Assembly (NCBI GenBank): GCA_050014235.1
Contig: JBEKDS010000016.1
Coordinates: forward strand, 44,760-108,759
DNA from: Acidobacteriaceae bacterium
GTDB taxonomy: Bacteria > Acidobacteriota > Terriglobia > Terriglobales > Acidobacteriaceae
Direction of reading: 5' to 3'
Length of the DNA stretch: 64,000 nucleotides
The translations under genes and the position numbers were made by a program. The stretch's first letter is position 1; the number at the start of each line of letters is the position of its first letter. The notes under the pieces were generated by a model that did not search any database, had not been told where the DNA came from, and worked only from the letters and a program-made list of their open reading frames with translations. Shown piece after piece: positions 19,224 to 29,294 of this stretch.

Positions 19224-22151
19224 TCACTGTATGGGTAACTCTCCAAAGTACAGGCTGATGTGGCCTTTGTACTCCCCTTTGGCAACCGCCGGTTGCCCCA
19301 TGGGGCCGCTGGACTTTGGACCCACAAACTTGCTGCCAATCGCCGGAATGGCATGCAGGAAGGAAACTGCGGCATTCGGGAAGGGCACGCCAGTTTGACC
19401 CAGAATGTTCGCGGGCGGGATCTTCGGAGTAAAGACCTGCACATAGATCGGAGAGTCGTGAGACTGCTCCACCATCGCGGTGATCGGGCCCTCCGAGGTG
19501 TTGAGCTGCATCCAGCGCACGCCTGCGTAGAACCCTTTGAAGATCGGGTAGTTGAAGTGCTCTCCGGGCTTGAGGTCGTCCGGGTCTCCGACGATGGTGT
19601 TGTTATACGGCCTGTTCCAGACGTCGAGAGTCCCGCCAGCCAGCCGATTCTGATAGACGGGCGCGGGCCCTTCGCCAAGGAACCGCATCCCTCTGACATT
19701 CGCTTCGGGGTAGTCGAATCCGACGCCGAAGTACTCCTGCTCGCCGCTCAGCGCGTACGCGTAGTCAAGGGACAACCAGCCGTTGGCCTGGATACGGTAG
19801 GTGAGCGATTTCATCGGGCCGTCGAAGCCCGCGGAGATCACGAGGTCGTTGCCGTCGGTCTCATGGGTGAAGGAAGTGAGCTTGGAGTCTGGCGCAGTGG
19901 CCGGTGGCGGCGGGGATGGCGGCGGTGTAGCCCCCGGTTGTGCGCGTGCTGGAGGCGGAAGCCTGGGGGTCGCGGCAACCATCCGCGGGCCGTTGACCAG
20001 TGAGAACGACTTGCCCCGCCGGGAGGCAGAGACCAGCAGCCCCGTGGTCTTGCTTATCTGTAGCGACAGGTCGCCCGCAGTCGCTGTGAGTGTGTCGCTG
20101 GATTCAGTGATGGCCGGGTTCAAGCTGCCGGCGGATTTGTCCGCCTCGTCCAATAAATGCGCGAGATCGATGGCAGGCCAGACATAGGTCTGAATCACGC
20201 GACCCGTAACATCCTTAATGCGGAGCCGCGTGGCATCGGCCCCCCTCTTTGCGCTTGGACCGGTGGCAGGAGCAGGCGGTCCCCACCCATCCCAGCTTGC
20301 CGAGGCCCCCGGCGCCAGCGAACGCCCGTGATCGGTGCGCGACGCCAGCACCACCGAACCCGAGGCCGCGTCCTTGGGTTGGCGAAAGGCGATCGTCTCC
20401 CATTCATAGGTGCATCGGTCGGCGTTGAGGAACGCATAACGGTTCGTTACCGTGAAGGAATGCGAGGTGCTGTCAGACGGCGTCACGATGATCGGCGACC
20501 AAAGCTGCTTGACCGTATAGAAGCTTCCTTCCCTCTCGCGATAGGGGCCAACGACGCCGTCAGGCGCCTGGTTGTCGGCGGAGTCGAGAATCCCGCCCTT
20601 GTCCACCCGCTTCACATCTTCATCCACAAACGACCAGAGGATCCCGCCCGCTCCCGCCTTGCTCTTCAGCATGGCGTCCCAATACTCATTCAAACCTGCA
20701 CCCGCTCCGCCGTCATACAAGCCGTGCAGCATCTCCGTGGGGAGATAGACGGGATCGTCGGCGAGCTTCTGCTGCAACTGCTCATACGTCGGGTAGTGTT
20801 TGGTGTCGGCGAGGCCCGCCGGAAACGCCGCCCACGGGTGTAGCACCACGCGCTTCTCCGGGTCGTACTTCGCGAACTCGCCATCGAGATCGGGATTGAA
20901 CCCGCCTTCATTGCCGTTGTCCCAGAAGATGATCGACGGATGGTTGATATCATGCTCCACCATCTCCTTCACCAGCTTCTTGCCGATGTCCGTGTCGTAG
21001 TGCGCGTGCCAACCGCTAAGTTCGTCGAGCACATACAGGCCAAGCTCATCGCACGCATCCAGAAAATGGCGGTCCGGCGGATAGTGGCTGCTCCGCACCG
21101 CATTGCCGTTCAGCTCCTTGATGACGTTGATGTCGTCTCTGGAGATCTGCTCGGAGAGAGTGCGGCCGGAGTCGGGCCAGAACGAGTGCCGCGCAACGCC
21201 CTTGAGAAAAACGCGATTGCCGTTGATGAACAGGCCCTGCCCGGGACGCACCTCAATGGTGCGGAATCCAAACCTCTGACGCACCGTGTGCACAACCACA
21301 TCGCCAAGCTTCAACCGCACTTCGAGCTGGTAGAGATTCGGCGTCTCGGCCGTCCAGAGCCGCGGATTGTAGATCGTTCCGGAGAGATTGGCCGTCTCAT
21401 TCAGGGCAACGTCCTTCGCGACGATCGGACTGCCCACAGGCTTGCCGCTGGCATCGAACACCCGCGCCTCCAGCGAGGCCGCCGCGCCGCTCCCGGCCTG
21501 GGTGCGCGTATCCGAAGCTGCGACATCGACCGAGAGCGCGCCCTGCGCCGTCGCGCTGATGGCCACGCGATCGACAAACGTCTTGGGCACCGCCTCCAGA
21601 TAAACCGGCCGGAAGATGCCCGCATAATTCCAGTAATCCCCACGGCGCTCCGCGTTGTTGACGGAATCGTTCATGGAGTCGTCATCGACGTCGACCTGTA
21701 TCTCATTGTTCTGCCCGGCAGGCTTCAGCAGTCTCGTAATGTTGTACTTGAACGCGTAATAGCCGCCCTGGTGAACAGGCCCAGCGGACTGCCGGTTGAT
21801 GGTGACCCGCGCATCAGTCATCACACCCTCGAACTTGACGAAAACGGCCTTCTCTCGCCAGGTCGCAGGCGTAGTAAAGATGCGCTTGTAAATGCCGTGA
21901 ACGCGGGGCCAACCGCCCGCCGGAGTGCCCCGGCCGTATTCATAGATGCCGAAGCCTTGCAGTTGCCAATTGGACGGGACACCGATGGTGGACCACTTCC
22001 CAGCGTTCTGGCCCTTGTCGCACATGAACTCCCACTTGACCGGGTCGTCCTTGCCCAAACCGGATAGATATTTGGTCTCAGTCTCCGCGGCTCTGGCTAC
22101 TGAAGCCACAAGCAGGACCAAAACAGCAGCATGTCGAACTGACAAACCCAT
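19224..22151 (-). CDS. Glycoside hydrolase family 2 (beta-galactosidase-like), secreted
   Basis: FEGVM, FGFRTIEV, NAVRSSHYPP, WDNGNE, PTEMLHG; signal peptide from MGLSVRH (alternative start 22196). Confidence 0.88.
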   Translation of the reverse strand: MGLSVRHAAVLVLLVASVARAAETETKYLSGLGKDDPVKWEFMCDKGQNAGKWSTIGVPSNWQLQGFGIYEYGRGTPAGGWPRVHGIYKRIFTTPATWREKAVFVKFEGVMTDARVTINRQSAGPVHQGGYYAFKYNITRLLKPAGQNNEIQVDVDDDSMNDSVNNAERRGDYWNYAGIFRPVYLEAVPKTFVDRVAISATAQGALSVDVAASDTRTQAGSGAAASLEARVFDASGKPVGSPIVAKDVALNETANLSGTIYNPRLWTAETPNLYQLEVRLKLGDVVVHTVRQRFGFRTIEVRPGQGLFINGNRVFLKGVARHSFWPDSGRTLSEQISRDDINVIKELNGNAVRSSHYPPDRHFLDACDELGLYVLDELSGWHAHYDTDIGKKLVKEMVEHDINHPSIIFWDNGNEGGFNPDLDGEFAKYDPEKRVVLHPWAAFPAGLADTKHYPTYEQLQQKLADDPVYLPTEMLHGLYDGGAGAGLNEYWDAMLKSKAGAGGILWSFVDEDVKRVDKGGILDSADNQAPDGVVGPYREREGSFYTVKQLWSPIIVTPSDSTSHSFTVTNRYAFLNADRCTYEWETIAFRQPKDAASGSVVLASRTDHGRSLAPGASASWDGWGPPAPATGPSAKRGADATRLRIKDVTGRVIQTYVWPAIDLAHLLDEADKSAGSLNPAITESSDTLTATAGDLSLQISKTTGLLVSASRRGKSFSLVNGPRMVAATPRLPPPARAQPGATPPPSPPPPATAPDSKLTSFTHETDGNDLVISAGFDGPMKSLTYRIQANGWLSLDYAYALSGEQEYFGVGFDYPEANVRGMRFLGEGPAPVYQNRLAGGTLDVWNRPYNNTIVGDPDDLKPGEHFNYPIFKGFYAGVRWMQLNTSEGPITAMVEQSHDSPIYVQVFTPKIPPANILGQTGVPFPNAAVSFLHAIPAIGSKFVGPKSSGPMGQPAVAKGEYKGHISLYFGELPIQ

Positions 22152-22485
22152 CAGAACCCTCCCCACAGCCACAATCTCGAAGCGCTCCATTGTCACATGA
22201 GCATTTCGAAGGGTACCAGCACTAAATCAGGCCACGAGACCGGAGCGAGTCCTGCCGACGGAGCCAATCCTCCCAGTTAATTGAAGAAAGAGCCCAATGG
22301 TGCGGACACCAGGGGCGGATTTCGGGCGGGGCGCCCTGGGCCAGCAGACGCTTGCATCGTTTTGTCCGGAGCACGACAAGTCTTGAAGCCGTTTCGCCTC
22401 CGCGGCAAGGATGGCGTCTTCATCGCCCCCTCGTCGATTGCAATTCCTGTACAGTTTCAATCGACGTCCAGGGAGGGCCCAACAA

Positions 22486-23655
22486 ATGCAGCGGAGAGAC
22501 TTTGGAAAAGCACTGATCGGCAGCGCGGTTGGGGCCGCGCTCAGCAGTCTCGCGGATGCGCCGCCGGCCTTCGGCCAACCGCAAAAAAAGCTCGCGCCGC
22601 GCAGGAACACCAAGATGCATGTGGGCGCGGACTACCACGTCATCGAGGGCAAGACCCTGACCAGCAAGGAGAACCTCGAGTACAACCTGCGCCTCGGGGT
22701 CAAGTCCATCAGCCCCGATCCCGACGAGGAGGCGCACCGCGGCAACGCGGGGCATTTCAACGCATTCATTCCCGCCGAAGGCCCGCTGCGGGGCGGCGCC
22801 TTCGACAGCGATGTCCTCAAACAGATGAAGGACAACTGCGACGCCGTTGGAATGTGGCTCGAAGCCCTTCGCATGGACTCCGGGTACATCATCCTCAAAG
22901 ACCCCTCCGATCAGGACCGCAAGCTCGACCAGATCTGCGACAACGTCCGCAAGGCCGCGGCAGTCGATGTGCGCATCATCAGCTACCACTGGACCATGAT
23001 TCCGATACGCCGCAACGGCACCGCTCCCGGACGCGGCGACTCGGTTTACACGACCTTCAAGCTGGAAACCGACTGGAAGAACCTTCCGGTGGGCATTGCG
23101 GGGCCGGTCAGCTGCAACGAATACTGGGAGAGGATCGAGAAGTTCCTCAAGCGCGTGATTCCGGTCTGCGCCGAGTACAAGGTTGCCATGGCCAACCACC
23201 CCTACGACCCGCCGGGGCTTCCCTACGGCTATCAGGGCGCGGAGAACTTCGACTCGCCATCCATCTACACCGCGTACAAGCGATACGAGCAGATGGTCGA
23301 CAGCCCGTGGAACGGCTTCCAGATGGACCTCGGCGTCATCGGCGAAGGCTCAACCGACGTCAACCGGACCGAGCCTCCCCTGGTCCAGTACATGGCCGAG
23401 CGCGGAAAGATCAAGCAGGTCCACATGCGCAATATCAAGGGCGGTCTGAACGACTTCCAGGAGGTCTATCCCGACGAGGGTGTCATCGACTTCTTCAAGA
23501 TCATGCGTATCTTCCGCGACACCGGCTACGAAGGGTCCTTCCTGCCCGATCACATGCCGGCCAGCCCCGGCGATCCCGGCAAGCTCCAGGCATACGCCTT
23601 CGGCTACGGCTACATCCGCGCGCTCATCGATTCCGTTAACTCCGAGGTCGCATAG
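22486..23655 (+). CDS. UxuA-like mannonate dehydratase-family protein with Tat signal
   Basis: MQRRDFGK signal; SYHW, MANHPYDPP, KIKQVHMRN, FLPDHMP, YAFGYGYIRAL. Confidence 0.8.
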   Translation: MQRRDFGKALIGSAVGAALSSLADAPPAFGQPQKKLAPRRNTKMHVGADYHVIEGKTLTSKENLEYNLRLGVKSISPDPDEEAHRGNAGHFNAFIPAEGPLRGGAFDSDVLKQMKDNCDAVGMWLEALRMDSGYIILKDPSDQDRKLDQICDNVRKAAAVDVRIISYHWTMIPIRRNGTAPGRGDSVYTTFKLETDWKNLPVGIAGPVSCNEYWERIEKFLKRVIPVCAEYKVAMANHPYDPPGLPYGYQGAENFDSPSIYTAYKRYEQMVDSPWNGFQMDLGVIGEGSTDVNRTEPPLVQYMAERGKIKQVHMRNIKGGLNDFQEVYPDEGVIDFFKIMRIFRDTGYEGSFLPDHMPASPGDPGKLQAYAFGYGYIRALIDSVNSEVA

Positions 23656-23718
23656 CCTCACCGGCCTGACAAATGAGGAACGCATCGTCGGCAGCCGTCT
23701 CCCCGTCAATCAAATGGC

Positions 23719-26487
23719 TCAGGCCGTCCGCTTCCACACTACGTAGTACGGCTGATTGGAGAGGGTCGAATTCAGCGATGGATACAGCCACGCAACCTTC
23801 TCCGAGCGCAGTTCAAAGTAATACTGCAGCGGATAAGGAGAGCTGGTGTAGTCCGCGGGGACCGCCGCATGGAAGACCCCTCCCTCGCGGGTCATCGGCG
23901 CCGCTTGCCAACGCTCTGCATGGTTGACATGGCGATAATGCAGCACAACCGATACGCCTTGGCTTGCGGCTGTTGGATCCAAACTCAGCGCAAGAGGCAA
24001 CGCCTCTCCGGGACGGAAGGCGCCGGCAGGCGTGTGACCGCAACGAATCGCAGGCCGGTGGACCTTCGCGGCCACAGCTTCAATTGCACCGGACGCGTTC
24101 TGGCCCTGCGCGCTCGCCTTCCTCTCCAATTGCTGCCGCATCGCCGCGATGTCCTCGTCGATGTGCGCCAGCCGGTCGATCCAGTGGCCCCGCCGCGTCG
24201 CCGTCGATCCGTACGAGATATCCGCGCGATAGACACCCTTCGCGCGTTCAGCCATTGCAGCCCAGGCCGCGCGCGCCTTCCTGTACTCCACTAGCGCTAG
24301 TTGGCCGGCCTTCGCATCGCCTGTGTACAAATAGATTTCGAACAGCAAAGCGCTGCGCAGCTTCGCAGCGAAGAAGCGTCCCAATCCAATCTGGATCTGC
24401 ACATCTTCCTCCATCCTGCGAAACTGCGGCGTCCGTACCCGCGCGGCCGCCGTGCGCCGCGCCGCGGCGAGCGCCAGCTCCGATCCCGCGGTTAACCCAT
24501 CCAGCCACTCCGCGACCTCGACCGGGGAGTACTTCGCGCCCTGGTTCCCCGCAAGGACTTCCTTGGCGTGATCCGCAATCGTCGAGAATAGCTGCGGATC
24601 GAGCGCACTCACGGTCGCGAAGCATCTTGGGGTGGGCGTATCGCTATACGGCGAGCGGTCTTCACCCTGCACGATCGGCATGTTCTCGTACATCTCGTAC
24701 CATAGCGAATGGTTCGATGCCGAGGGCAGGTGCGCCGTCGTCAGCAGCGGCAGCACGCTGCTCGCACTACCGACCGCCTCTTCCACAGGCCCGGCCGAAG
24801 CCGCTCCAAAGTCCTTGCGCAGGAATCGCCGCCACACCTCAGGGTCGGCCTGCGGATTGTAGAGAAGCCTCCCCCAAAGCCGGTACGTGTACTCAAACTT
24901 CTTCCACTCGCCCGCCGCCGGCGTCAGCGTCTCATCCGCGTACGCCAATCGACCGCCTGCGAGCCCCGATCCCTCGCGTCCCTTGAAGAACAGCGGCTCA
25001 AATATCTCCATTCCGCTGGCGCCGCAGAAGTGTGCCGCCCGCCCATACGCCGCCGCCGCCTGCGGGTCGCCCCATAGCAGATGCCGCTGCGTCCCCGGCC
25101 ACATGCGAAAGAGCACGTCGAACTTGCGCCCCTCCTGGAAGAGGTCGGCATAGCCGTAGCGCGTGAACAGCCGGTCGCCGCTGCTCACGCTGAAGGTGCC
25201 GGTCTCGATATGCCCGGGCTTGGGAATCTCCAGCGCGCGAATGTCCGCCTGGTGGTAGCCGAGGCCCTGGTGCTCGGCCCAGAACTTCGGGCTCACCTTC
25301 ACCGGCATACCCGTGGCCACTGCGATGTCGAACATCTCCTGGTTGATGCCCTTGGCGTGCATGTCGATCTCGACCCTGCGCCCGCTCGCCGGTATGGCCT
25401 CGAACAGCGTCTTCCAGAACGGGTAGCTGCCCTCCGGAATCCCGCTCTCCCCGTGCACCCGAAAGGTGAGCCCCTCAATCTGCGGACACGCCTTCAGCAG
25501 CATCGCCAGCGCGTCGCGGCAGTAGGCCGCGTGCGTCTCCGGAGTCAGGCCCACGATGTGGTGCGTCGAGTGCGGGCTGTCCGTCCACGCATACGCATGC
25601 GTCCACAGCCCCAGCTGGAATTGAATCCCGCGCGCCGCCGTCTCCGCTGCGATGAACTGCAGCATCGCCAGGTTGCGCTCGCGCTCCCCCTCCGCCAGCG
25701 GCACCACCCGCACATCGTACCCCGGCACGCTCACCAGATATGGATAGGGAAGATGAAAGTAGTCGTCCGTCACTCCCCTGGGAAAGTCGTACGCCAGGCC
25801 AAGCGTGAAGCTGAACCGGTTGAACCGGCTGAGCGCCAGCACATCCAGATAGCCGCGCCAGAAATCCTTGTCGTAGAACCACGGCTTGTCCTCCACCTCG
25901 CTGCAAAAGGCCCGCGCCATGCTCCGCACCTGGTTCGCGGGCGTCTCGCGCACGGCATGGGTCAACTGCAACGCGCCACCAGCCGCATCGCCGGACTCCA
26001 CCCGCTCGGCGAGCTCCATCAGTCCATAGCCGAACCCGCGCGCATCGCTCGACGAAACAAGCACCGCCGGTACGTCCGCCACGCGGCCTGGCGTCAGGCT
26101 TATGCTCTCCGGCCCCTCGCGGAAGGACGCGTCTCGTGCGAACGCGGCCGCCAACTCCGACGAAGACCGGGCCACAACAATGTAGTGGGTCACCCCGGTC
26201 CGCGCCGTTGGCCGCGCCGCGCGCTCTGTCTCAATTCCCTTCTCCAGAAGCGCCAGCTGCAGCCTCTCCATCGCCCACTTGACGGATGCCGCCGAGGTCG
26301 CTGCCTCGCTCTCGTCCAGCACAAAGCAGACCTTCCCGAGCGGCGCAGCATGCGCACCAACCGACGCGCCCCCCACCGCAGCCGCACCGGCCAGCTTCAC
26401 AAACTCGCGGCGGTCGATGCGCGGAAGCTTTGTCCTCGAACGATCTAGCCGCGGAACATCCAGTCGCGGCAATCCAGGGTCTCGCAT
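23719..26487 (-). CDS. Large Tat-exported hypothetical protein (922 aa), possibly a glycosidase
   Basis: DRREFVKLAGAAAVGG twin-Arg; barrel-like segments (FRVHGESG, VSPKFWAEHQG); C-terminal YPLQYYFEL beta domain; no family recognised. Confidence 0.75.
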   Translation of the reverse strand: MRDPGLPRLDVPRLDRSRTKLPRIDRREFVKLAGAAAVGGASVGAHAAPLGKVCFVLDESEAATSAASVKWAMERLQLALLEKGIETERAARPTARTGVTHYIVVARSSSELAAAFARDASFREGPESISLTPGRVADVPAVLVSSSDARGFGYGLMELAERVESGDAAGGALQLTHAVRETPANQVRSMARAFCSEVEDKPWFYDKDFWRGYLDVLALSRFNRFSFTLGLAYDFPRGVTDDYFHLPYPYLVSVPGYDVRVVPLAEGERERNLAMLQFIAAETAARGIQFQLGLWTHAYAWTDSPHSTHHIVGLTPETHAAYCRDALAMLLKACPQIEGLTFRVHGESGIPEGSYPFWKTLFEAIPASGRRVEIDMHAKGINQEMFDIAVATGMPVKVSPKFWAEHQGLGYHQADIRALEIPKPGHIETGTFSVSSGDRLFTRYGYADLFQEGRKFDVLFRMWPGTQRHLLWGDPQAAAAYGRAAHFCGASGMEIFEPLFFKGREGSGLAGGRLAYADETLTPAAGEWKKFEYTYRLWGRLLYNPQADPEVWRRFLRKDFGAASAGPVEEAVGSASSVLPLLTTAHLPSASNHSLWYEMYENMPIVQGEDRSPYSDTPTPRCFATVSALDPQLFSTIADHAKEVLAGNQGAKYSPVEVAEWLDGLTAGSELALAAARRTAAARVRTPQFRRMEEDVQIQIGLGRFFAAKLRSALLFEIYLYTGDAKAGQLALVEYRKARAAWAAMAERAKGVYRADISYGSTATRRGHWIDRLAHIDEDIAAMRQQLERKASAQGQNASGAIEAVAAKVHRPAIRCGHTPAGAFRPGEALPLALSLDPTAASQGVSVVLHYRHVNHAERWQAAPMTREGGVFHAAVPADYTSSPYPLQYYFELRSEKVAWLYPSLNSTLSNQPYYVVWKRTA

Positions 26488-26765
26488 GGCAGAGTCCTCA
26501 TCCTAGCCCGCAGTCCGTGCACTCGTTCGGCTGGGGCGAATCAAACTCTAGCCCACGAAACGCCCCACGCGCAATCGTCCGCGCCGCATGATCCACCTGC
26601 CCGCCATCCGGCGCTGCGATAGACCGCGGCGTTCCTGTTTCGGGATGGCGCCGCAGGAATACTCTTCCTCCTGCGTTCGCAAGAGACGAAGGAATGAGAC
26701 CTTGAATTGGAAGGCAAATCCACCGGGGAGTCCGAACGATTCTTTCCGCTCAGACCGAGGACCTC

Positions 26766-26930
26766 ATGCAACCCAGAATCGCCGCCTCTCCGGCTCCTCC
26801 GGCGCAACCGAAGAAGCCCTGGGTGCCCCCTGCGATTGTGATCTTGCCGTTGCGTAGCGCGACCGGCAACAGCCCCGGCTCCAAATGCGACAAATACGGC
26901 TCGCTCTCCCACGGAACCGGCTGCGCCTAA
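26766..26930 (+). CDS. 54-aa RiPP-precursor-like peptide (not in the ORF track)
   Basis: GAGG 5 nt before ATG; MQPRIAASPAPPAQPKKPWVPPAIVILPLRSATGNSPGSKCDKYGSLSHGTGCA*; WxxPxI leader-like motif and Gly/Ser-rich core with 2 Cys and an Asp. Confidence 0.55.
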   Translation: MQPRIAASPAPPAQPKKPWVPPAIVILPLRSATGNSPGSKCDKYGSLSHGTGCA

Positions 26931-27017
26931 GAAGGATGCACCTTCCCCTGCCCCGTGTTCGAGCCTCACCTCGCCAAATTTGAACCCTGACTGGCGACGC
27001 CCTACTATACGAGGGAG

Positions 27018-27965
27018 ATGGCGATCATTGGCGATCTCCCGCGAATTCGCAGGCACGCTCGACTACCGCTGTTGGTCCCCGTGGCCGCGGTCCTCTTGTC
27101 TTGCGGGCCACGCTTCTTGTCTTGTGGGCTAGGCTTCTTGTCTTTCGGGCCACGCTTCGCGCGGGCCGCTCCTCCCGCATGGGCCACCCTCCCCGCCACT
27201 CCCGCTCCCGTCTTAGGCTGCCTCCACAAAACCGTGACCGTCAATGGAATCAATCTGTATTACATCGATTCAGGAAAAGCCTCCCACAATCGCCCGCCCG
27301 TAATTCTCCTGCATGGCGGATTGGCGAACTCCGACTATTGGGGCAATCAGGTCCGCGCGCTCATGCCCGCCCACCGCGTTCTCGCGATCGACAGCCGCGG
27401 CCATGGACGCAGTACACGCGATAGCCGGCCATACGGCTACGACCTGATGGCCGACGATGTCATTGGTCTGATGGATAGCCTGCACATCCCCACGGCCGAC
27501 CTGGTCGGCTGGAGCGACGGCGCCATCATTGCCCTCGATTTGGCGATGCGATATCCGCAACGCGCTCGGAGGGTCCTCTCCTTCGCCGCCAACACGCAGA
27601 CAAGCGGCCTCATTGCCGGCGGCGAAAAAAGTCCTGTCTTTGCCCGCTTTGTCGAGCGCGAGGGGGTCGATTATCGCAGGCTCTCCGCCACGCCCAACGA
27701 GTACGGCCCCTTTGTCGAACAGGTCAGTCACATGTGGGACACCCAGCCCAACTGGACGGACGCTCAACTCGCCTCGATCTCCGCAAGCGTGCTGGTCGCC
27801 GATGGCGATCACGACGAGGTCATTCGGCGCGACCACACCGAGTACATCGCGCGCACCATTCCAGGAGCCGGCCTCTTGATCCTCCCCAACGCCAGCCATT
27901 TTGCGTTCCTGCAGGACCCTGCTCTGTTCAATGCCGCACTGTTGAACTTTCTCGACTCAAAGTGA
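27018..27965 (+). CDS. Alpha/beta fold hydrolase
   Basis: ILLHGG, DSRGHGRS, GWSDG nucleophile elbow, DGDHDE, SHF. Confidence 0.9.
   Translation: MAIIGDLPRIRRHARLPLLVPVAAVLLSCGPRFLSCGLGFLSFGPRFARAAPPAWATLPATPAPVLGCLHKTVTVNGINLYYIDSGKASHNRPPVILLHGGLANSDYWGNQVRALMPAHRVLAIDSRGHGRSTRDSRPYGYDLMADDVIGLMDSLHIPTADLVGWSDGAIIALDLAMRYPQRARRVLSFAANTQTSGLIAGGEKSPVFARFVEREGVDYRRLSATPNEYGPFVEQVSHMWDTQPNWTDAQLASISASVLVADGDHDEVIRRDHTEYIARTIPGAGLLILPNASHFAFLQDPALFNAALLNFLDSK
27094..27159 (+). repeat. Three imperfect 21-bp tandem repeats in the hydrolase N-terminus
   Basis: Encode LLSCGPR-FLSCGLG-FLSFGPR. Confidence 0.6.
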
Positions 27966-28037
27966 ACGCCCTGTCGCCGCGTGTGGAGGATGCCCCACAT
28001 GCAGCCCGCCCGTATGCTCGTCAGGCTGGCAAGCCCC

Positions 28038-29294
28038 TCAGTGCGTCACCGGCGCGGTGTACTCCTTACCCGCCTCCAGCGGAGTCACATACGGGCCGTC
28101 CCAGTCGCGGCTGAAGATCTGCGTCAGCGTCTTCGCCGGCCCCGCGCCCTCCACAAACACAGACGCATCCACGGTGTTGTTGAAGTAGCTCCACTCCCAG
28201 TTGCCCGTGCCGATATAAACACTGCGGTCGTCGGCCACGGCGTACTTCACATGCTCGACTCTCGCATAAGGAATGAAGCCATTCGGCGACGGAGGCAAAT
28301 GGCTGAACTTGACCGCGATGTTGGGCAGGACAGCGAGACTCTTTAGGTAAGCCTGCATCGGCTCACGCAGCGCCCAGTCGGCAACGATGACGTTGACGTG
28401 GACCCCCCTGGCCGCTGCGTCGCGCAGCGCGGAATCGATCTCCCCCCACCAGCCCTTCGGTCCGTACTCCCGGATCGCCGAGAAGTCCATTACCTGGATT
28501 CGCAGGTCGCGCTGGCTGGACTCAATCAGCCGCACCAGCGCCCGTTGTTCCGGCGTGACCCAGTGCGGCATCAGGGATGGTGGACTGAATGCCGGAAACA
28601 CAATCAGCGGCTCACTCGTAGTCTCATTCACGAGCACCGGCGCTTCGGCGGTTGCCGGCGCAAACGAAGGAGGCTTCAGCGCCGCAATGGCCGCCTTCGG
28701 CAGATCGGGATTCTGCGCCAGCTCCCAGTCAAACTCGAAGGCTGCAGCGAAGGTCTGGCCAATCCGGGCATTGTGAATGCGCGCGCCGATCTCGTGGATC
28801 TCCTCAAGCGCCCGCCAGTCCCAGTTCTGGCTGCCCACAAAGACATCCTGGCCATCGATAACCATGTACTTCGCGTGCAGCACACCGCCCGTGAGCGTAT
28901 CCACTGGCAAAACCCGGACCTCGATGCCCGCCGCCTTGCGCAGCCTGTCTACGTCAGCATGGTCGCTCTTCAGCAAACTCTGATCGACCAGAATATTCAC
29001 TTTCACCCCGGCGGCCGCGCGCTCCACCAGAGCATCGAGCACCGGCGACAGCGCACTGCCGGGTCTGTCGGTGATGTAGTACGCGGCGATGTCGATCGAA
29101 TGCTTTGCGTTCCGGACCAGCTGCAGCCACACCTCAGGGGTGCGCGGAACGCCCGGCTCGCCGTAGCTCGTCCCCCCCGGCACACTCTCCACGATCTGGA
29201 AGTCCGGAACGGGAGCGGTCACGGGGCCTTGGGCAACGAGCAGCATCGCATGCCACACGCCAGTTGCCGCGAGAATCGTTCGCAAGTATCTCAT
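28038..29294 (-). CDS. Secreted phospholipase D-family protein, PLD3/PLD4/K4-like
   Basis: Signal peptide MRYLRTILAATG; two HKD motifs (LHAKYMVID, EHVKYAVAD); FQIVESVP, GSQNWDWRAL, IPYARV. Confidence 0.88.
   Translation of the reverse strand: MRYLRTILAATGVWHAMLLVAQGPVTAPVPDFQIVESVPGGTSYGEPGVPRTPEVWLQLVRNAKHSIDIAAYYITDRPGSALSPVLDALVERAAAGVKVNILVDQSLLKSDHADVDRLRKAAGIEVRVLPVDTLTGGVLHAKYMVIDGQDVFVGSQNWDWRALEEIHEIGARIHNARIGQTFAAAFEFDWELAQNPDLPKAAIAALKPPSFAPATAEAPVLVNETTSEPLIVFPAFSPPSLMPHWVTPEQRALVRLIESSQRDLRIQVMDFSAIREYGPKGWWGEIDSALRDAAARGVHVNVIVADWALREPMQAYLKSLAVLPNIAVKFSHLPPSPNGFIPYARVEHVKYAVADDRSVYIGTGNWEWSYFNNTVDASVFVEGAGPAKTLTQIFSRDWDGPYVTPLEAGKEYTAPVTH

Noticed and set aside
27018-27965. 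Alpha/beta hydrolase as a lasso-peptide isopeptidase for the upstream peptide
   Set aside because: Known isopeptidases are large prolyl-oligopeptidase-type proteins; this is a small GxSxG hydrolase, so adjacency alone is not enough.
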